The notes beneath the pieces were generated by a model that made no database searches, was not told the origin of the DNA, and worked only from the letters and a program-made list of their open reading frames with translations. 64,000 nt of DNA from positions 305,310 through 369,309 of the forward strand of contig CAJFCJ010000005.1 of the NCBI GenBank assembly GCA_904063045.1. Reading direction: 5' to 3'. This DNA is from Dimorphilus gyrociliatus. Taxonomy: Eukaryota; Animalia; Annelida. Positions 1-11,771 of this stretch are shown piece by piece (the first letter of the stretch is position 1; the number at the start of each line of letters is the position of its first letter). The translations under genes were made by a program, and so were the position numbers.

Positions 1-1580
1 GATGAAAAGTTTTACATTTTCTTTCATTTTATCGATTGTAACAAACTTTAAAGCTGGGAGAATTTCACTATTGAACGTCTTTTCGTAGTATGAACATACT
101 TTGTCTGCTTGCTTTGTATTCTTTACATTATCTATATCTTCAAAAAATTGTTGAACTATGCTCTTTTTACCAGCAGCTTCAAACTTTATGAGAAATGATA
201 TGGAAAATCAAAAGTATTAATGGTTTTGAATTCAAAAATAGGGGAAAATGACTTTTACATTTATTAGGTTCATCTTTTCTTCGAGTGGACATTTCAGGTC
301 GTCTACTATGGACTGGGCTTCCGAGTTTCCAGTACAATTTATTTTATTGTGAAAGGAATGAATAAGTGCCAAATGGACTCCGTTTTCAGTTTCCCTGACA
401 TAGCATAGAGATTAATATCACAAAGTCATCTGTTATTAAAAATTAAATGAACTTACTTTGTATAGGACTCAAGGCAGTCTGATATTAATAATCTCATTGC
501 ATCTTTCGGGTGAGGGTTAGGAGGAAAATTATCTTGTAATAGCATACTTTGGCATCTGGATAAGAAATTCTCCAACTTCTCGTCAGACCAATTCTACAAT
601 TAAAAAAAAGTCAATGGAATAGGTCTTTAAGTACATATTTAAGGTAAGTTTAATACTTTAAAAATTTCTGACTGGTTTACATCAGTAAGCATGTATGAGT
701 TAGCTATCTGCTCAAAAATACTTATCATAGAGTTGACTAATTCTACAAATATGACTTTTGATGTATCATCCTCCTTATATTTCATCCCAATTTTCGCCCA
801 AAATAAGAGTCCTTCAACAACTTCATCCTTACATTTTAACAGAGTTTTCGAACTAGAAAATATGTAGAAATTTCACTTAGTTTTTACTTATAATATACAT
901 AGGACTACTTACGAAACATTTGAATATATTGACGAAAATGTATTTGTTATATTCTCCGCCCAGTACTGTGAATTTTTATCATTTTTCTTCGGTTGAAACT
1001 CTTTGCATAAACTTTTAAGCCACTTTGAAATATGAACTTCAGATACATCTTTCTACACGAAGAAAGGTAAACATAAAACATTTGAATATTTCAGAAAACG
1101 ACTGATTGTTCCTACAAACCTCAATATAATCCATAAATAAACTATTACTAAAAAATTCTTCAATAGCATCCAAATTTCCTGAACAGGTAGCTTGAATCTC
1201 AAATATATTCGTAAACTGATTCATTAGCTTCTCGCTTACAGGTTTCGCTTCTTCATACGATAAATCCCGTCTATTGAAAGACAATATCTTACTTAACTAT
1301 AACTAAATGACAAATAAAACTAAATAATTATTTACTCCATAATGGTGTTCAAAAATTGAACACAAGTTCTAGAAACCTCTGATGCTGGCGTTTCGTACGT
1401 ATAGCCTTTCTCGTAACATATCTCTTTGTGGAGAATATGTATAAATCCAATAATCTCTGCCACGACACCTTTACACTGATCTTCTAAAGTTTCGAGATGC
1501 TCTGAGAATTTATCTTTTTTATCTTCATTAATCTCAGCCAATGGAGAATATTGTTTTATTAAACTAATTGCACTTTGCAT
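1..1580 (-). CDS. Multi-exon gene of unknown function (predicted mostly alpha-helical); runs off the left edge of the window
   Basis: ORFs 1332-1580 and 1039-1284 join through short GT-AG introns (…NTIME/RRDLSYEE…DYIE/KDVSEVHISKWLKSLCKEF…). Further open minus-strand segments continue to the left edge. No motif recognised. Confidence 0.6.
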
Positions 1581-2428
1581 TTTATGTTTTCTATTAGAAA
1601 AGTAACATTTAAATTCTCTCTACGCTTAACTATTCAACAGAAATCACGGTATAGTAGTGTGAATTAACGTTAAAGTTCGCATTTTTCATATATATATATA
1701 TAAATCCTAGCGGGCAAAAATCAAGTTTAGCATTTGTCAATGGTAACTTAGTAATTAGTCAATAGAATTAGCAAATCGTTGTAGAGTAGACAGTAAATTT
1801 TAGCTTAAACGCAGTTTTATCGAAATTTCCGTAGTTGCATAATTTTTTTCGGTCTAGATACTCTTTGTTAGAATGTGATTTGTATGACCTGGGAATGTTA
1901 ATGATAAGAGAAAGTGAGTAACCGATTCTATAAGTAGCTATTGATCGTATAGCTTAACCTATAGTGCAATGACCTTTCTCTCTCTCTCTGTCCGTCTGGC
2001 CAGCATGTCTGTCCAATAAACAATATATGCATATATATGAATACACTGAATGCTAGTTTTATTTTAATAGATTTTACTTAAAGTCCATTTATTTTACATA
2101 TCTTTATAATAAGTGATCGTTGATCTTTTCTAGTTAGATTATCTTCAAAACAAGAATTACAACGTAAAAGAGTAACGAGGTCGCTAAGTACAGCATTTCT
2201 TCTCAACTCTCCTTATAGATTGTTTTCCCTAATATTTACTTTTCTTTATTTAATCAGCCATTAGTTCATGTCTTAGTGTAGCAATCATACGGGTAAGTAT
2301 AGATAGCTAAGAGCTACACTATCAGGAAAAATTTAAAGGGGAGATTTCATTTAAGATTAATCATAAAATTAATTAAATTGGCAGAAAATAACTTCATTTA
2401 TTGTTTTATAAACAGAGGAAACAACTGT

Positions 2429-5400
2429 TCAAGATGTCTTGAACACTTTATGCGATTTCTGAAGGAGTTTTCTTAATAAAGCGATAGCTAACGATATATC
2501 CGAATTAATCTTCTCGTTGGTTGATCCAGATAAATTTTGAAAAGAAAGATAATATTTATTTCCCTCTACAAAAATTAAAGTTTCGCAAATAGATTCATTC
2601 AGACAAAGTGAATTTTTATGACTAAATTGAATAGCTTTGAATAAACATAGTGTAAAGATAAATATATCTTTGATTCCCTTAATATCAGTTTTATATTGGA
2701 AAGGAGATAATTTATGAAGATATTCTTCAGATGAAATATGATATTTAAAGCAATTTTTAAAGAAATGTAAATCTATAATCATATAGAATTCATTATTGAT
2801 ATTGAATATCTAAATATACTATATACATTCTAATTTCACTTCGTCTCTTGCTTTGGATAGAAGAGCTTGTCTTAATTGATTAAATGAATATTAATTAATT
2901 CATTCATAATTAATAATTTCTGTTTTAAACAACAGACCGTTTCTTTCTATTCTTCTTCCATATTTCGGATACTGTATATACAAATGGATTTAGTATAGCG
3001 TTCATTGGAACAAGTAACATAACAATCCAAATGTAGATATCATTTTTGATTTGAAATTTAACGACCAACGAAAATAAACCTTGAATGATATCATTACTTG
3101 GCTTTTGTATACGGTATATACAGTATAGATTCAATTCAAACCTAACGCTGAAATTGGTATCCAACAGCCAATATTCGTTAAAACTATAACCAAAGCTGTC
3201 TTTTTCACAGATGTAAATGAATTGCTTACATTTTTGGAGAATTGTGACGCTTTCCACAGTGAAAATAGTATTATACAATATATGACACCAATACTTATTG
3301 ACAATACGAACATAAGAATTCCGTATATCCAATAAGAATACATCCATCCGCTAGTATTTTCGCTTCTAATGTAAACATTAAAACAGATTGGTGTGTTCGA
3401 ATAGTAATCCTTAAAGAATGAACAGTTTTACATAAATAATAAATAATAATAATTGAATGATTAAAGTTGAAATACTTTAAATAAGAAATTTGGAAGAATT
3501 GAAAGAGTAATTGAAGATATTAAATTAAAGATGATAATTAAAGATATAAGATATATATTATTGAAATATTCTTCAAATGGATATTTAACGACTAAGAATC
3601 TCTCAATTGTTATTGCCAATAAGATTAATGATGAAAATATTAAAGAAAAACTAATAAATATTCCAATAAAACTACACGTCCAACTAGATTTCCATATTTC
3701 GTCAAATAATATATAATTGCCTTCGTATTGTTTATCTTTTATAGCTAGAGTAAGTATTGATAGCGAAGTACTTAAATCTCCAATTGCAAGCGATAGATAT
3801 AATAAATGCGATAGACGTTGAAATGAATGAATACGAAAAAATAATGATATAACATTACCGGAAACGCCAAAAACTGCCATAAGCCATACGCATATTTTCA
3901 ATCCATTTGAAACTAATAAATCTGAACACGATGTAAATAATTCACTACTAGGAAGACAGTTTTTTATTGTCTTTTGATATTTCCAAATATAGCAACAAAT
4001 GCTAAAGTATTCGCTAACTAGATATTGAATTTGTGTAAATAGTCGAAATATTTTAGGATTACGGGAATATGGTATTTCCGTTTTGTTTAAAAATAGCTTT
4101 TCAACACTTTGAAGTGGAATAGCACCTCTACCATCAATATGTTTAATATTGCAATCCAAAAGCGATAAGATTTTCAATTTTAATAGACTATTCAAATTTG
4201 AAAGAGATAGTGAAGAATATAACACACCAATTATTTCTAAATGACGAAGATTTGGAAAAATGGAAAATGAGAATTCGTTTATAGTTTCACTTTGAATTTT
4301 ATATATTTTAATAAATTGAAGTAATTGAATTTCTTTTAAATTGAAATATAATGAAAAATTAAATTCCATTTCTTTTAATTCAATTGAAATAAGATTTGGA
4401 AAGTTTTCATTTAAGAGAATATTATTCAATTTACATTGATCTAGTCCTAAATCCATAATGAAGGATAAGGATAGATTTTGAACTAAATCTAAAGTAAGTG
4501 ATTTAAAAATAGCTCTTTTGTATAATGAATGATGATATTCTTCAACAGTTGAATTGGTGATTGATTTCTTTGTACAATTTATTGTTTTAGTTTGTAAATT
4601 TATATTGCAATTGTCTGAAGATGGCATTGAATTTGTACAACTATTTTCGTCACTACCATCTTTACACTGTATAATTCCATCACAAACGTTGTCTAGCTTT
4701 AAAAGTATACTGTCTTCTCGACATTGGAAGAAACCTTTCGGCCGAAATTGATCTAATATGTACATATTGCATATATATCTTGCGATTGTATAATAAAAAG
4801 TAATAACCGCAATCGATTTCATCATCACCTTTCGTACAGTGAGTAATACCATCGCATATCAATGATACCGGTATACAATAGCCGCTGTCTTGGCATCCAT
4901 AAGTTCCATTCAAGCATATGTGATTTTCACAGTCATTTAAATGGTAGTATGGACCCTGTATTTGAGATAATATCTCATCTTCAAGACCAATTTGCAAATT
5001 GCACGCATTTTTACTTTCTTTAATGAACAGTGCGCATGCTTTATAAAATAAATAGAAATCTAGAATTATCCAATTGTTTTAAATTTGAATGATTAACCTT
5101 TGAATTCCTTAGCTGTATCGCAAAATTCATTTTCTTCATCACTATTATCTTTGCAATCATATCTTGTATTGCAGTAAAATTCTCTTGGTATACATCGATT
5201 TTTATCGCAATGGTATGAATTTTTTTGACAGATTTCTAGATTTCAAAGTTTTAATTTAGCTAATCCAGTTAAATGTTATTTTCTCTCTACTTAGATCGGG
5301 ATTAGTAGAAGATGTTTTGCATATTTCATCACTTTTATCTTCACAATTTATTATTGAATCGCAAAATTTTTCATTCGGAAGGCATTTCATGTTTGAACAT

Positions 5401-5800
5401 CTTGAAAATCATAGATATTTTGCAGATGAAAATGGAAAGAAAAAAAGTACTATTAAACCTTTTGGAAGAGCATTTACTCCAGTCTTTAACAAGGAAAACA
5501 AATTCAAGCTTCATTATACGGTATATAAATAGATATAAAGTTTATAATTTCACTCACTGCAAAAATCTTCATCAGCTCTATTGGAACAATCAAAATGATG
5601 ATCGCAAACGAGTTGAAAGCTAATTTTCTCATTTTCAGAGCAATAGAAATATAGAATACGATTGCAATGTCTCTCATCCTCATTTAATGAACAATCTCTT
5701 CTACCATCACATACATAAATAATATTTATATAAATTTCATCACTTTGACAAAGAAACAATTGAGGAGAAATTTTTGACGAAATAATTTGAGGATATAAAA
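2429..5800 (-). CDS. LDLa-repeat + LRR + rhodopsin-type 7TM receptor (GRL101/LGR-like GPCR), core part
   Basis: LDLa repeats (CDGRRDCSLNEDERHC, CDHHFDCSNRADEDFC, CDGITHCTKGDDEIDC, CDGIIQCKDGSDENSC), LRRs, hinge ICCYIWKYQKTIKNCLP…SCSDLL, TM1 WLMAVFGVSGNVISL, TM3 AITIERFLVVKYPF, TM6 TNIGCWIP, TM7 PMNAILNPFVYT. A 62-nt intron near 3080-3140 restores the TM6-TM7 frame. The left end 2429 assumes the two extra tail exons described in findings; otherwise the stop is at 2925. Confidence 0.85.
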
Positions 5801-8800
5801 CAGTTCTTTTAACGTTTGTATCTAATTAAACACGATGATAAATCAATGAATATTATTTATAAATAAAATTAATTACTAACATAAAGGTTTCTGACAAATG
5901 TAGTTTGTAAATGTTTCTTTACAATTTGAAAATTTAATAACACCATATCTAGCTTTTGAAGTGAAATACATACATTCACCTACTCTTGATTCTTTATATT
6001 CAAAGAAAGTTCTTTGACTAAATTCACATCGTTTAGCTAATTTTAAATGCTGTAGCAGACCAAATTGTAATATAAAGTCAATTGGATAATTAAAATGAAT
6101 GGAGGAAGTTTGTCTTGAATTTGTTTTAGAAGAATTTCGATATCCAATTACTAAGTAATTTGATATGGTTAATATAAACTATGTAGACTGTATACTGTAT
6201 ATGTGTATATATAACTGTTATGTCAAAGTTCTATATTTTTACATCTTAACTAGGCAAACTAAAAACTATACTTATAAAGGACTATTTGTTTTCGCAAGAT
6301 GCTTGAATGTTCTTTTGAAAGAAGCGGTCTTCTATCAACCTCTAGATTGTCATTAGCAAAGCTAAATCATTTATGCCATCTCAATGTTTTTACATACTTA
6401 TTTCAATGCTAATGTGACATTCGTTTAACACGGTCATTCTTAGTTAAAAATCATTCGGAGAGCGTACGTCATTGTCATCTTTGTCAATATATAACACAGT
6501 AGCGATTCTTGAAGGAGATGACGATTTGTTGATGCTTTATCATTCAATAATTATCTAAATCATACCATCAGCATGAACTCTCTTCCATTCAACGATAAAA
6601 CAGATTTTTCTTAGATTTGCAAACTCTATGCTTCTTTGGCTCCATAGTTAGCCATAAACTCTTCAAAGTTCCTTTTATAAATGAATGTTGTATATCCTTC
6701 ATCACCTTGGCTGTGAACTCTCTTCTATTATCATTTTGACAATTTGAAGAGTGAACAAAGCACTTTTGCGTTTCAAGTCTGTTTGCACTTCACTTTGAAA
6801 ATCTTAATATAAAGTACGTTTTCTTTTTACTCATAGATATAAAACATCTATCAATAAGCATACTAAATAAGTTTCTTATTAAATATTTCCATTATATTTA
6901 ACTATTTCTCTATAAGAAATTGGTATTATGTCCAGGTAATATAACTTTGACATAACATACAGTATACTGTACACTGTATACTATTTACTTACCACTTGGT
7001 ATTCTATTGTCTATTACATCCATTTGCCTTAATTTTACAAGTACTTTATGAGCCATTAAAAATGAAAAATCTACAAGATATAGATTATTCTTTTCGCATA
7101 ATGATGTCACTTCCGCAAAACTCTTTCTTCTTACAGATTTGAATATTGAATAGCAATTATCGTTAATATTGTAACTATGGTTATCGTGGCAAACTAGAAT
7201 AAATGTTTATAATACAAAATATTAAATATATAGTTAATAATAACTGATTTATTTGAAAATTACAACCCTGATAAGTATGGTAACTGCACTTAATTTTTAA
7301 AGTGAGGTTATCAACCGTATGTAAATTGAAAGCATCATCCGGAGCTAATACATATCGTACAAAACTACCTACAGTCTTTTCATTTAGAAGAGATTTTCTC
7401 CTTCTCTCTTCCGTAAAACATTCCAATATATTGTGAAATTCGTTTGGACAATTTATTTCAAGAGAAATCGCTCTGTCTTCATTTGACTCACTTAGAACGG
7501 TAGTACCATAAGAAAAACCAAAATGTTTACACGCTAAAGAAACTATTAAGCTATTCATAGCCTTTTCTTTTATATCGTAATATTTTTCACGGTAAGAAAA
7601 TTGTAAATAACCAGTTATTTCTTTTGGCTTCTTTTTATCATCGAAGTAATAAGACGTTTGAAAATTATTATAAATTCTTAATACAGAATCTGTAACTATT
7701 AATAGAAGGTAAAGTATCCTTTTAACGATTTATTCATAATTCGTTACTGTCAGCGGATTTATTTTTACAATGGGAAAAGTATAAGTTAGTATATCTAATT
7801 GGAGCTTTCATTCGGCAGCCTTCATTAACAGATCTGTCCCATTTACAATCAGTTAGTCCCATACGGTTATTCGACAAGAAATTAAAGTTAAACAATCTAC
7901 TGCAATGAACATTCGCCTGGTTGATAAAAGGAATTTCTGTCTATTTCTTTAAAAGACTAGAGATAAAAAAAACATCTTACCTGAAAGATTGGCATAGACA
8001 TGTAAAGTAATCTTTGATTTCCGCTTGTTTTATTGTAAATATGACAAATGAAATTTGCAATAAGTGGTATTTCTCCTATTTGCCAAAGTAACGGTAATTT
8101 ACCATAAGTTTTTGATACTATCATTGGTGAAAAAGTATTTAAAGTCTTATCACCAAATAAGTAAATAAAAGAGGCAAAATATTCATCAATAGGAACAATT
8201 TGAAAATCTATTGAATATTGAATCACTTTGATTTTTCTTATAGAAAATCTTTTTGTCTTCTTCATTTACCTTTAATTTCTTCGTAACTGCAAAAGAGTTC
8301 ATATGAATTTGAGAGATTGAAACTAAATCCATATTTATCGAATTTAATGAATAATAATTGATTTGTAATATAATAATCAATAAAAAATTCCGATTTTGAA
8401 CATATTGAATCTTTATCTCTGCTTAAAATTCTATAACTATTGGATATTCTTCTTAAAAATGGAATGAATAATTCAGTTTTTGAATTGAATTTGGTGAAAA
8501 TATCTTTATTCGAGGGAAGAAAACGTTTTGTCTATAAAATTTTACTCTTTTCAATCTTTCTTTTGGTATACATTACAAGTGGCGTTTTTTTTGAAACATT
8601 TAATACAAATAACACCAAAATTTCTATTCATTTTTTCCTTAAAAACATAACTGGTAAATAGAAGTAATTAATATTTTTTTATTAATGAATACTATTCATT
8701 TAATGGCAAAATGTTATTACAAGGAACAGCAAGGCTTTATAGATTTAAAGTTTAATATAATAGGATCTGGAAAATTAGAGAAAACATTGATATTCAATGC

Positions 8801-9155
8801 TGAAATCGATAGTCTTTTTACCTTTAGTTTCTTTACAAGTCTCGTGAACAAAATGAATATCATCATAATTCATTACAGTGCATAATTGTTTAATAAAATT
8901 ATATTCCCTTTTACATCCGGTTGACAAGACAGGTAAAGTATAATTTTCATCAGGTAAATATACTGTTAACTTTCCAAATACAAATGAACTGGTTTCTTTT
9001 AAAGGGTCAAGATATAAATTAGTTTGATTATCATTTATTGTTCCGAAGATATTATTCTTTAAATCTCTTTCGTTAGAAATAAGATTTTTAAATTCAATTC
9101 CACTTTTAAAGGAGAAAAATAGAAGGAAATTAAATAATATGTAAAGAAAAGTCAT
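5800..9155 (-). CDS. Probable N-terminal exons of the same GPCR (signal peptide, degenerate SRCR-like and possibly C-type-lectin-like segments), or a separate secreted-protein gene
   Basis: ORF 8775-9155 starts with a hydrophobic signal peptide (MTFLYILFNFLLFFSFKS). ORF 7181-7558 contains an SRCR-like LACKHFGFSYG…LEINC…ILEC. A continuous splice path through 6350-6800 was not resolved. Confidence 0.45.
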
Positions 9156-9688
9156 AGTATTTGCATTTTCGTATTAAAAAATATCGATTATTTAATAAAG
9201 TTGAATAGATCTTTTATAATACATCTATACTTTATGAAAACAAAAAACATATACAAATCTATGCTTGAATCAATTAATAACCTAATTTTCGTCTCCAACT
9301 TCAACGATAATAAACCATATTTATAAATAATAAGATAGTTTAGTTTACATGACGAAATTATGAAATAAGGATGTTTTTGAAAACACCCATACTTTTGAGG
9401 TATTGCCCGAACCTTATCTGTAATCCTAACCTTCTAGTTCCTCGTAACCCTTACTTCATATCCATGTGTTTTTACCTTGAAAAACTCGTAATCTGTAAGA
9501 AATCGATAAATCTGTGATTTTAATATCTTGATATATATACAGTATATATATAATTTATCTCGAGTTAATAATACTACAGTAAAAAACACTCAACAAATCC
9601 TTTTTACCAGAAACTAAATAGGTCAAGGGGCAAAAGAAACGACAAGTCAAGGAGGTTACTATGGCAGTAGCAATAGCAGCGATAGTAT

Positions 9689-9733
9689 GGAAAGGAGAGA
9701 GGGCGAGGGGAAAGGGAGGGGGGGGGGAGGAAA
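9689..9733 (+). promoter_or_regulatory. Purine/G-rich tract (G-quadruplex-capable) in divergent intergenic region
   Basis: GGAAAGGAGAGAGGGCGAGGGGAAAGGGAGGGGGGGGGGAGG has at least 4 G-runs in very AT-rich DNA. It lies between divergent starts at 9155 (-) and 10011 (+). Regulatory function is inferred only. Confidence 0.35.
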
Positions 9734-10010
9734 TGAGTGAACTGAATAGGAAAACATTATGTATTGAATCGTCTTCTTGTCATATTTAAATAGTATTATA
9801 AAATGTATAAAAATGATAGTATAAAATAGACATAATAGAAAAAAATACGTTTAACGTATGGCTACTAAAAATTTTCATTGAAGAAAAGCCTTGTTAAGAC
9901 CTTTTAATGCTATTAAACATTCGTAAATTTTGTTGGCAGGCCTTCTTAATACTTATAGTTGTCTACTCCGTTTTGGTTATATTTACTTTACTTAACCATA
10001 CGGACGACAA

Positions 10011-11649
10011 ATGAGAAAACTTAAGGAAATTGTTCTTCAATTTATTACGGACTATCCTGATTTACTAATTGATTATCCACATAAAAGGAATATTGTTCTG
10101 CCTCAAAGCATCTCTCAGGAAATTTTAGAGAATATTGATAAGAAACACAACAAATTATTAGAAAAATATTTACCGTATTTCAATTGCAAATATACGATTT
10201 TAAAAGAAGTGAACATTCATGCAAGATTTATTAGTGAAACTTCAATATTTTCCTTTCTAAATGGTCATAAAATTACTAATTTTAAACTATATTTTTGTGA
10301 TAATTGTCAATTGGGAACGATATTTGATTATTTAAAGAGAAAATCGAAATTAACAGAACTTACAATATCTGAAGTAAATATTAAAGAATTTAGATATTCA
10401 AACAAAATTAAAACTACTTTAAAAAGATTATTCGGAAAGTTAAAATTGAATAATTTAACTAAATTAGATTTTAGTTATACAAATTTAAATGATAATGGAT
10501 TTAAATGGATTTGTAAAAATTTAATAAATCTTCAACAATTAGATATTTCTGGAACAAAATTAACAAGATTAACAAGATTAACAAGATTAAAGAATTTAAT
10601 TATTTTTAAATTTACCGGAAGTTATAGGAATTTTAATCGTTTTGAATTATATAGCTTAAAGGATTTAAAAGAATTGGAAGAGATTCATCTATTCGAAAGC
10701 GATGCTTTACTAACAGGTCTAAGAAAGACATTATTAATAACACTACCTAATACATTCTTTGAAGATTGTGAATGGAAAAGATTGAAATATTTTAGCGCTG
10801 TAATTTTCATATCGGATCCGGCGTTCAGTCTCATGTAAAACGATTCTTGATTATTCAGGTAAAACTCTATGCTATGTTTTCTTATTCCCTCCAGAAATTT
10901 TATTCAAAAACATCCAGCATTGAAATGTTTATGCTTTTGGAATCATATAAACAATTCTTTAAGACCATTCTCACCTTCGCAAGATATTATCTTCCCTAAA
11001 GATTATACAAGAGTACGAAATTATATAGTTTTATTCTTTACTATTTCCTTTTATGACTCAAATTTTCCTTTAAAGGATTTCAACGTTCACGAAGTAAATA
11101 GGCTTATTGATATCTTTAACAACATAAATATTCCATTTGGTGATTTCTCAAACTTACTGTTATTCATCGACCGCCATTTTAATGATATGAATGATGCCGA
11201 AAAGGAAACTTTTGTTGAAAAATTGAATAAAGAAAAATTTTTTAGCGTATGACTAATTTATTCTCAATAATATACTTTTACCTTTAATGAAATAAACAAC
11301 ATTTTTTCCAGGTGACCTTGAAAAGAATCAGTTATTTCTTCAACAAGAACATCTTTAGTAATCATATAATAAATGTAAACGTTCTTGAGAGTTTTGGAAG
11401 AGTCTTAGATATTTATGATTATTCTACAAAAGATTTAGATTCGTGGCTTGAAATTTGCTTGATAATTAAAGATTTAATCAATTCAAAAGGTGAACAGAAT
11501 TGAAACTTTATTAAATAATTAACTAATTAAACTATTATTGAAAAATATTAGATTTTAATACTGCCGAAAATTATCTGGCTGCTCTCGTTCCAGTATTTAG
11601 AAAGTGTTGGCAACTTTTCAAATTGATTAATTTCAAATATAATACTTAA
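10011..11649 (+). CDS. ZYG11/ZER1-like LRR protein, paralog 1 (BC-box/Cul2-box-like N-terminus, LRRs, helical C-terminus); 4 exons
   Basis: N-terminus KLKEIVLQFI…LPQSISQEI; LRR LTKLDFSYTNLNDNGFKWICKNLINLQQLDISGT; exon 2 starts NFIQKHPALK. Short introns join ORFs 10011, 10869 and 11312 and a last exon ending TAA at 11649. Confidence 0.7.
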
Positions 11650-11771
11650 GACAATCAATAAAGATGACAATTGAACTGAAATAATGACTCAATAAACTAT
11701 AAGTTAAAAGAATCATCCGGAAAAACTGATTTATTATTCTTTGATTCAATATATTTCAAAAATCGAATAGT

